14,667 nucleotides of DNA from Candidatus Thorarchaeota archaeon (GTDB lineage: Archaea > Asgardarchaeota > Thorarchaeia > Thorarchaeales > Thorarchaeaceae). The stretch's first letter is position 1. Each line of letters starts with the position of its first letter. The translations under genes were made by a program, and so were the position numbers. Location: contig JBHIAE010000063.1 of assembly GCA_046758445.1 (NCBI GenBank), positions 1-14,667 on the forward strand, in the 5' to 3' direction. Below the pieces are notes generated by a model. That model was not told the origin of the DNA. It searched no databases and saw nothing but the letters and a program-made list of their open reading frames with translations. Shown here one piece after another: positions 7,660-14,667 of the stretch.

Positions 7660-8274
7660 TTGGATAATGTTGACAAACAGCTGGTATCACTACTCCAGAA
7701 GGATGGGCGTACCAGTCTCTCCGAGATTGGAAAGGAGCTGAAGATGTCCCACGTTGCGGTCAGCAAGCGTCTGGACAAGCTCGTCAAGAAGGACCTTGTT
7801 CACATTGGCGCAGGGGTGAACTCTGAGGACCTCGACATTAAGCTTCTCTTCATCGCGCTTGAGGTCGAGAGCTTGGACGTCGCAGAACGAATCTACAAGA
7901 AGTTCGGAAAATGCCCTCGCTTGTTGATGCTGGCGCCCGTCTCAGGCAGCTATAATATGATAGCCGTACTGGCGGCCGAGGATGCCTGGACGCTTCAGTC
8001 AATCACTGGCACATGTAGCGTACGAACCGAACCAGGCGTCAGACGATCCGAGAGTTGGTTTGGAAACTCACCTGTAGTCCCGAAGTATCTGCCAATCAAT
8101 CTTGCACCACACCGGGCCAGCGGTACCAAGGCACCCTGTAGACAAGACTGTGCGGCCTGCAAGCGATATCAAGAGGACAAGTGTGTGGGTTGTCCGACCA
8201 CTATCGCATATAGAGGCCGTCTATGGTCTTCACCGCTGACCAAGAGGAAACGTAGAGGAAAAGGCAAGAGTTAA
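7660..8274 (+). CDS. Lrp/AsnC family transcriptional regulator with C-terminal Cys cluster
   Basis: w[43 protein letters not shown]-like domain (SGSYNMI) and tail C-x3-C-x2-C-x7-C-x2-C. SD GGAGTG precedes a TTG start. Confidence 0.9.
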   Translation: MDNVDKQLVSLLQKDGRTSLSEIGKELKMSHVAVSKRLDKLVKKDLVHIGAGVNSEDLDIKLLFIALEVESLDVAERIYKKFGKCPRLLMLAPVSGSYNMIAVLAAEDAWTLQSITGTCSVRTEPGVRRSESWFGNSPVVPKYLPINLAPHRASGTKAPCRQDCAACKRYQEDKCVGCPTTIAYRGRLWSSPLTKRKRRGKGKS

Positions 8275-8300
8275 CTCGGACTCCTAGCTGTTCCATTCGT

Positions 8301-8900
8301 GTGAATCCCATGGATGACGTTTCCATTCACCCTCTGGCTGTTGTTGAAAAGGGAGCCCAGATCGGCAAGGGCACGCGAGTCTGGCACTTTGCACACATCA
8401 GAGGTTCGGCCAAGATAGGTGATGGATGTAACATTGGTAAGGACGTCTATGTCGACGCTGAAGTGACAATAGGAAACAATGTGAAGATACAGAATGGTGT
8501 GTCAGTCTATCATGGTGTCACAATTGAAGATGATGTCTTCTGTGGGCCTCACATGACCTTTACAAACGACCTGTATCCGCGTGCCTTCAGTGATTCATGG
8601 GAAGTGGGGGAGACACTGGTGAAGAGGGGAGCCTCGATTGGTGCTCACGCCACGGTTCTCTGCAACACGACACTTGGTGAGTACTGCATGGTGGGGAGCG
8701 GTGCGGTTGTCTCCAAAGACGTTCCAGCCTATGGGCTTGTGGTCGGAAACCCTGCACGACTTGTGGGATTCGTCTGCAGGTGCGGTCAACCCATCGACAA
8801 AGAAACAGGCCGCACCAGTGCGACTGTCACATTTCAATGCACGAAATGCAAAGAGAAGGTCACAATTCCCTTGTCTGACTACGAGAAGAAGATCAGGTAG
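8301..8900 (+). CDS. Hexapeptide-repeat (left-handed beta-helix) N-acetyltransferase, WbpD/WlbB-like, with C-terminal Zn ribbon
   Basis: [53 protein letters not shown], and CRCG...CTKC. True start may be ATG 8310. Confidence 0.88.
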   Translation: MNPMDDVSIHPLAVVEKGAQIGKGTRVWHFAHIRGSAKIGDGCNIGKDVYVDAEVTIGNNVKIQNGVSVYHGVTIEDDVFCGPHMTFTNDLYPRAFSDSWEVGETLVKRGASIGAHATVLCNTTLGEYCMVGSGAVVSKDVPAYGLVVGNPARLVGFVCRCGQPIDKETGRTSATVTFQCTKCKEKVTIPLSDYEKKIR

Positions 8901-9078
8901 AGACTAGCTACACCCGGGCCGTTTCCGAACTTGGTCATGTTGGCTGCATTATGACCGAGAAGTCTGCCCTCATCCTCAAAGGCCCATTCAATGCACAGGT
9001 CAAGGTCTTGACTGCTTGTGTTGGAGGATATCTCTAAAAGAACAGGGTCCACAGCAGGTCTTCAGCTTTTTCAGACTA

Positions 9079-9210
9079 CTACCCGAAGAACTCCCATCCA
9101 CAAGAGCCACACCGGAACTTCTTGCGCATTCCAGCTGGTGTCTGCTCCTGTCCCACATAGCGTGCGGTGCCACCACACCTTTCACATGGACGATATTCTT
9201 CAAGGCTCAT
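9079..9210 (-). CDS. 43-aa zinc-ribbon microprotein (CxxC-x21-CxxC), missed by the ORF track
   Basis: MSLEEYRPCERCGGTARYVGQEQTPAGMRKKFRCGSCGWEFFG. Perfect SD GGAGGT at 9219-9224 (8-nt spacer), tandem TAG TAG stops, canonical CxxCG...CxxCG knuckles. Confidence 0.85.
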   Translation of the reverse strand: MSLEEYRPCERCGGTARYVGQEQTPAGMRKKFRCGSCGWEFFG

Positions 9211-9450
9211 GAACAACGACCTCCGTGGTCACGTCGGGCAAGCCCTACAGATATGTATGCTCATTCTGATGATTTGAGTATGCCGACAGAACAGTCATGG
9301 GAGTCCCTGTGTGAATTGTTTCCTTATGACTTGACCAGACGTAGAAGAAGACCGGCGTGAAAATTGGAGCAGTTTCTTAGTACAGTCCTCTCTTATTTGG
9401 CACATTCTTATTTGTCGGACGGACACTGTAAGGAAGATGTGAGAGAAACT

Positions 9451-10005
9451 ATGTACCAAGGGAGATCGATTGCTGTATTGGGGTTGGTTTTGATGGGTCT
9501 TGTCCTGTCAACCCTGATTGTAGTCCCTGTGACGAGCTCTGAAGGAATGATTAGCGTCTCATTCACAATTGAACCTGGGACTACGTATGGTCCGTATGAC
9601 AATGGAACGGTCTATCACACTAGGATATTCGGCACTTCAGTTCTGATGGGTGAAGTCGTCATTGAGGGGCAAGGAATCTACTTGACCGTGAGCGGAGAGC
9701 ACACTCATCATCTCAAAGGTATCTATGTGAGTGCTCAGTACGAATTTGTGATTGACCCGGCTGAGGACCAGTATACGTTTACCTTCGACAACACAGACGG
9801 AATTGCCAACAGCTCTGTCAGATTCATACTGGAAGAAGCGTGGACAAGACCGGTGGCTCTCAGCTCCTCCGGGACATTCATCGCATGGTTTGGCGGAGTC
9901 CTTCTGTTTCTTGCAGGACTGATTGTCTTCACCGTCAATCGATTGAGGATGCGACTTGGACGCCGCTCCAACATTGAGCCCGTCAGAGTCCAGTCAGCAA
10001 ATTGA
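9451..10005 (+). CDS. Two-TM membrane protein with a beta-rich GOLD-like (emp24/gp25L/p24-like) ectodomain
   Basis: ATG 9451 gives MYQGRS followed by a hydrophobic helix, then a ~125-aa beta-rich domain containing DQYTFTFDN (like the GOLD Y-x-F-x-F-D-N motif), a C-terminal TM and a basic tail. The CDS is well supported; the family call is tentative. Confidence 0.6.
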   Translation: MYQGRSIAVLGLVLMGLVLSTLIVVPVTSSEGMISVSFTIEPGTTYGPYDNGTVYHTRIFGTSVLMGEVVIEGQGIYLTVSGEHTHHLKGIYVSAQYEFVIDPAEDQYTFTFDNTDGIANSSVRFILEEAWTRPVALSSSGTFIAWFGGVLLFLAGLIVFTVNRLRMRLGRRSNIEPVRVQSAN

Positions 10006-10140
10006 ACTCTCAGAGTGCTGGTGAGTCTTCATGCATATTGTGACCCGTGATGTGCGTCCTTTGGGACATCGGGAGAGGACCGATGATTTGTGTTTTCTTT
10101 CGGCACTCTTGGCGCTATCAAGCCAGACCGCTTGGAGGTC

Positions 10141-10158
10141 GTGTTGTCCACACAACAC
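10141..10158. terminator. Perfect 7-bp hairpin between convergent genes
   Basis: GTGTTGT-CCAC-ACAACAC in the 10006-10229 convergent gap. A second imperfect hairpin lies at 10044-10073. Confidence 0.3.
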
Positions 10159-10229
10159 TGGTTCTTCCACTAGTTCTACCATAAGGCTTCGGTATCGCCG
10201 TTACAGCAGGATCATCCGTTTTGTGGGGT

Positions 10230-13200
10230 CTATCTCCTTCGAAAGATCATAATGATCACGATGACAATAACGACGCCAGCGATAGACAGCGCAATCAGCA
10301 AGATCGTGTTATCCGGTGGGATTCCGGTTTCGGTTCCAGTGGTGGTTGTAGTTGTCGTGGTCACTTCCTCGCTTACGGTCACGATCACAGTATCTGTGAC
10401 AGTGTTACCTGACTGGTCGAAGACGAGGATGGTGTAGTTGTAGGTTCCTAGAGAGAGCCCGTCAACGTCTGCCGTTACTGGTTGACCTGTCCAGTTTCCG
10501 CTTTGCACAACGACGCCGTCTTTGTACACAGTGTAGTTCTTCAGAGCGAAGTCAGCCGGCGTCCAAGTGATGCTGTTTCCAGTGTCGCCCTCGGTGTACT
10601 CAACGTCACTGGGGCTGTCAATTGTGGGCGGTGTTGTATCCTGAACGTGGATCCAAACAGTATCGGCAGTCCAAGCACCGTTGTCATCGTATAGGACAAT
10701 GGTGAAGTTGAAGTCACCCAGCACGAGAGTATCAACACTGACCACCAACGGGACTCCAGGCATCCACCAGCCTGAATCCTCCTCAACACCATCAATGTAG
10801 ACCGTGTACGTAGTCGGGTAGTTGCCTGAGGCAACCCAGGTCACATTCTGATCAGAAGTGCCGGCCTCGATGTTCATGTCTGGCGGGTTGTATACTAGAG
10901 GTGCACGGTCTACCGGCGGCAACATGTTGGTTCTCACGATCTCTCCGGTGACGTTGAACATTCCTGACTGGAATAGGCTGACCAACATCCCATTGAACTG
11001 AAGAACTGATATATTCATGATGTTCATTCCAACACCGCCCGTCAACACGTGCGTTGCATAGCCATTCCAACTGCTGTTGCCAACCACTGTAAAGATTTGG
11101 TGCCAATCCACCCAGCATATCATGTCACCCAACTGCGCCGTCGGTGTTGCATCTCTGTCTATCGAGGACGAATATGGAATCGTTTCTGGTGCTCCGAGAC
11201 CGGTGAAGGTCAGGAGCCTCTTGCGGTAGAAGCTCATCTCCGGTGGCAAGTTCGGGTCTGCTTGAGACACATAGCTGTTGAGAACATTGACCAGTACCCA
11301 GCCACTGAATACGGTTGAATTCCCTGGAATAGTCTGGTTGGCGTACATGGTGCAGTTGACCTCGAACAGAGAGACCCACTCGTTGAATGTGAAGTTGTAC
11401 ATCTGGAAACCCACACCGCCTACGTCGACATAGAAGTCGATATAGTCACCAGGTGTTGGCTTCACGATGGGCACAACACGATAGGACTCAACAGTGACCG
11501 TGTCGTTTGTGACTGCGCCATTGGTCCACCAACCAACAAGAGTTATGGTGTTGGTACCGTTCTCGAAGACAGGCACAAAGATGCCCAGGTCAGGATATTG
11601 GTAGACACCCCACACCTCAATGATGTCGACTGAGTTCACATATCCAGTGATGTTCTCGAGATGCGAGTAGTCGGAGGCGGAGTAATTCACGTAGACCAGA
11701 CCTCCCCTGACCCTCTGTCCAGCCACTGGATCGATGATCTGGAATTCGTAGACCTCAAGAATCTCAGTGTCCCGATTGTTGTTGATTGCTGTTTCTCCTG
11801 TCTGTGGAGCCACATAGGCTGTGAGATTCAGTGTGCCTGGTGAGCTCACCAGTATTGATGCTTGGAAAGAGTCCCACTCGCCCGAGTCTAGGAATGATAC
11901 AGAGTGCGAACTGTCAAACGTTCCATCAACCCAGAGCTCCAGAGTGAAAGCTGTTTCTGTTGAGAGCCCCTGATTGATTACGTAGACTTCGACACTAGCC
12001 TGTTGGCCAAGACCGACGGCACCTGGCGCATCCACTATGGCCTGAAGATCGTGGTCCTCGACAACCAGCCAGTTCGTAGCGATGTTGCCAAACATCACGG
12101 TATTGTTGGCTTTTTCGAGCGTCCAGAAGAAGCTCTCATGCAGACACAGAACCTTCGATGAACCAAGCTCGGATACTACACCTATGGTGTTGTTATCACC
12201 GAACGAACGAACAAGTTCCCGGGCAGGAAAGTCGAATGTGAGGCTGCCGTCTACGTACCAATGGTGGAGCTCCTCGACACCGTCCATTATGGAATGCGTG
12301 GAATCGAAGATGGTTGTGTTGCCCTCGGGCGAGGAGCCTACCATCTCGAGACCTATGCCGAAGCTTGCCATAAGACCATCAAGCCCTGCTGGGAATGACC
12401 AGGCCCACGAGACCACAAGCTTCCCACCAGCACTGACATAGTCACCCAATGCAGTCACATCAGCCGATGGCCAGATGTTGCCACCACCGCCAACGAATAG
12501 CACATCGTAGGGATAGAGCGAACCCGGAGTGAAACTGCTCTCTATCTGAGCAACAATGTAACCAAGACTACGATAGAAGTTCTGAAGATCCCACAGGCCA
12601 TTCTCGAAGTGTGTGACTATGAACCCAAGTGCCAATACCGTGCGCTCATAATAGATGATGACCGTGTCAGAACCCATGTTGCCCACTTCGTCATAGGCCA
12701 CAACTGTGATGTTGTACCACTGTGAGTTGTTGAGCACGACAAAGGTCCATGTTTCCCACTGCACAGTAGAGTAGAGTGTACCGTTGACGTAGACCTCAAC
12801 ATACTCGACAGACGTTGTTGGATCAGAAGCGGTCCAGTTCACCTTGGCATCGTTCAGTGTGCTCATGTTAGTAGGGTGGTATATGCTTATGACAGGACTA
12901 TCTGTGTCCACTGTGAGGGACATTGAGGCGGTGTAGTTGGCACCATCTGTTTCCATGTATACCTCGACGAAGTGCCACCCATTTGAGAGACTTGAGAGAA
13001 GCATGGACTCCGAAGTCGTGTTGTCATAGAACGCAAAATCGAGAAAGACATGGTACATGTCAATGGTTTGATTGGAGTGACCTTCCCACATCAGCGTGTA
13101 GTCTGATGAGGCACTCAATTGAGACGAAGTGATGAACAGCCACTTCTCAGGCGGATCAAAACGCACAGAGTAGTCGTCGACAGGAAAGCCGAGCGAGAGA

Positions 13201-13994
13201 GTTTCGTAGTTGGTCCAGATCGGACCGTGGTTCAGTCCAGCTGTATACCAGTACCCTTGGTCATTCACGACCGCATCATAGTTGAACTCGATTGTCCCAT
13301 TCTCATAGAAGACAGCCTGGAATGTCCCTGCTACGTCTTGCGGCCAATACAAGTACCTAGAGTCGTTGTACTGGACCACAAGTCGGTTCGGCGAAGTGAA
13401 TGATTGTGTATAGATTGTATCTGACGCATTCAAGTCGACCCCGTAAAGAACAACAGCATACAACCAGTCCTCTCCACTCGTTGGAAAACTCGTAAACCAG
13501 CTCATATATGGTTGTGTGTTGTAGAACGACATCCATCCGTTCGTCGAAACATACAGAGTTGAGAAGTTCTCCCCATAGAACGGAAAGTCAAACGGAAGGG
13601 CGACCGAGAAGAAGTCGTCGTCGCTGAGGCTGTGTTGGACACCAGAACTTGCTTCATCCCACCTGAAGCTCACATTGGACATCCGGTAATCAAACATCCC
13701 GGCAGTAGGTTCGACTGCAGAAGTTGGACTAGGTTTCCAGAAGTCACTGCTACGACGGTCTCTTCCAGGCACCACAGGGGCTTCTTGGGTTGGCAGCGGT
13801 TCACTGTTGTCAATCTACGAGGCACCAACTGGATTACCTCCGGCATACTGTCCAGTGTCAATTGAGCTTGGAGGGGCAGGCTCATCCATCACAGTATGCG
13901 AAGTGCTGCCGGAATATGCCGCAATTGAAGGGACCCCCGCGGCTACATTACCGAGAACGAATACAAATGCTGCAAGAGCTAGGAAACGCTTCAT
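10230..13994 (-). CDS. Large cell-surface glycoprotein (NIDO-like, Ig-like, GATase/DUF4350-like, CARDB, two tandem Ig/HYR-like repeats, Thr stalk, TM), interrupted by one in-frame TAG at codon 60
   Basis: The 1181-aa ORF (10230-13775) lacks a signal peptide. The same frame extends to ATG 13994 (MKRFLALAAFVFVLGNVAAG) across TAG 13815-13817, giving 1254 codons. Motifs: LPFDFPFYG...YVSTNG, YDVLFVGGG...DYVSAGGKLVV, VINQG...GETAINNN, and C-terminal TM plus RRR. Confidence 0.85.
10374..10910 (-). repeat. Two tandem ~90-aa beta-sandwich repeats
   Basis: DRAPLVYNPPD...VTW...YTVYIDG...FNFTIVLYD..G....DTVWIHV (10641-10910) and DTTPPTIDSPSD...ITW...YTVYKDG...YNYTILVFD..G....DTVIVTV (10374-10640). Confidence 0.85.
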
Positions 13995-14053
13995 CTAGAT
14001 CTCTCCCCTTGAAGCGGGACGAAGCACACGCGACTTCATTGAATACCGCTTGC

Positions 14054-14089
14054 ATATATACAGGGATATCATGGATTATAAAACTATTC
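14054..14089 (-). promoter_or_regulatory. Candidate BRE/TATA elements for the surface-protein gene
   Basis: Minus strand GAATAG-TTTTATAA (14089-14076) and TATATAT (14060-14054), 60-95 nt upstream of ATG 13994. Confidence 0.35.
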
Positions 14090-14308
14090 AAGGACCACCA
14101 AGCCTGTATCGAGCGCTGAGGACTCCAGGTCTCGGTTGCACACCCAGACGCCACGACAATTGGAAACTAGGTGTGCATTCATGACTTCCAGGTCGAAACA
14201 CAGGAAGCCGTGACCGGCAATATCCTCATGGCTCATGCCTGCAATTCCTCCCAGACCTATGACCTTGTTGTCGATCAAGAAGCCCTTCTCGAGTAGGACT
14301 CTAATCAT
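14084..14308 (-). other. 74-aa ORF translationally coupled to the DUF2061 pseudogene; probable gene remnant
   Basis: ATG 14308 overlaps the DUF2061 TGA (ATGA). Contains the Rossmann-like KVIGLGGIAG. Product not identifiable. Confidence 0.3.
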
Positions 14309-14528
14309 GTCACATAGTCTTCCCTGACATTCTTTCTTCTGACACCTAATCGGCACTAGATTCGCTCATGAGAGTATTATGCGGCTGCCTTGCCTATTAC
14401 GTCCTCGAAGCCAATTGCCACTGAGAACACTACCTCTCCGATAAGTAGGTATGAAACTACGTAAGTGACCAGTGTTCCAAGGACGCGTCACGTCATCGCC
14501 CTCATGACGCTTCTCTTATGGTCACCAA
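14305..14528 (-). pseudogene. DUF2061-family small membrane protein pseudogene
   Basis: Reads HKRSVMRAMT*RVLGTLVTYVVSYLLIGEVVFSVAIGFEDVIGKAAA*YSHERI*CRLG...REDYVT*. This matches the DUF2061 pattern RS..KA.tWR..gt..T....Y..tG.......IG......K...YY.HER.W, with stops at conserved W (TGA 14488-90), Y (TAA 14377-79) and W (TAG 14356-58). Confidence 0.75.
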
Positions 14529-14582
14529 TCTCTGTACGCGTCTGCCGACTGTCCTGTTTTGGTTGTCTACTGAAATAGTCCT

Positions 14583-14666
14583 CTATTTGGTGACCGTCAC
14601 AACAAATCTGGTTTCACCCTCCTGTTTGAAACTAGGCTTCATTCCTCTGACCTTCAGTTCTTCTGC
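14583..14666 (-). CDS. 3' end of a small protein, TusA/SirA sulfur-carrier-like C-terminus (truncated by the window)
   Basis: AEELKVRGMKPSFKQEGETRFVVTVTK*. The helix-G-strand-turn-strand-K ending resembles the TusA family. Only 27 residues are visible. Confidence 0.4.
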   Translation of the reverse strand, partial: AEELKVRGMKPSFKQEGETRFVVTVTK

Positions 14667-14667
14667 A

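Noticed and set aside
8916-9012. Hairpins after the acetyltransferase (CTTGGTCAT/ATGACCGAG; GTCAAG/CTTGAC) as a possible SECIS or ncRNA
   Set aside because: No convincing AUGA/GA core and no in-frame TGA in adjacent intact genes. They are more simply 3' structures between convergent genes.
9000-9360. ORFs 9000-9203 (-), 9016-9360 (+) and 9018-9212 (+)
   Set aside because: They overlap the 43-aa zinc-ribbon gene, which has far better SD and motif support.
9364-9450. ORF-track N-terminal extension of the GOLD-like gene
   Set aside because: ATG 9451 places the hydrophobic signal at the N-terminus, and the extension is not protein-like.
10031-10252. 73-aa + ORF with upstream GGTGA, and a 33-aa ORF from ATG 10083
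   Set aside because: No recognisable composition or motif, and the longer one overlaps the end of the surface gene.
14356-14490. Alternative genetic code (TGA/TAG as Trp) suggested by stops at conserved Trp positions in DUF2061
   Set aside because: The same frame also has TAA at a Tyr and a likely frameshift, and intact genes use TGG for Trp and all three stops normally. Decay explains it.
14520-14595. 9-bp inverted repeat GGTCACCAA/TTGGTGACC as MITE ends
   Set aside because: The arms fall in the ends of two coding or pseudo-coding frames, there is no target-site duplication, and there is no second copy in the window.
1-14667. CRISPR array, tRNA, rRNA, transposase or integrase
   Set aside because: No regularly spaced repeats, cloverleaf or transposase/integrase motifs seen. 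The intein is the only mobile element.

Overview
Archaeal chromosomal window, most likely Asgard archaea (Thorarchaeia-like). This is inferred from the tandem ~90-aa DTTPPTID...ITW...YNYT...DTV repeats, Thr-stalk plus C-terminal TM anchors, archaeal-type ThyA/NrdD and GGAGG/GGTGA ribosome-binding sites. In order: start of a truncated secreted protein (-); a family-5 ABC substrate-binding protein (-); an nrdH-like thioredoxin plus class III ribonucleotide reductase nrdD operon (-), with a 532-aa LAGLIDADG intein in nrdD; a divergent thyA (+); an Lrp/AsnC regulator with a Cys-rich tail (+); a WbpD-like hexapeptide N-acetyltransferase (+); an unannotated 43-aa zinc-ribbon microprotein (-); a two-TM GOLD/p24-like protein (+); and a ~1250-aa cell-surface protein (-) whose signal peptide is separated from the rest by one in-frame TAG. 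At the right end is a decaying operon (-): a TusA-like 3' end, a DUF2061 pseudogene with three stops, and a coupled remnant ORF. Most notable: the amber-interrupted surface gene, the TFS-like microprotein lacking the catalytic DE, a possible SD-sequestering structure in the thyA leader, and the redoxin-dependent (NrdD3-like) RNR. No rRNA, tRNA or CRISPR seen.
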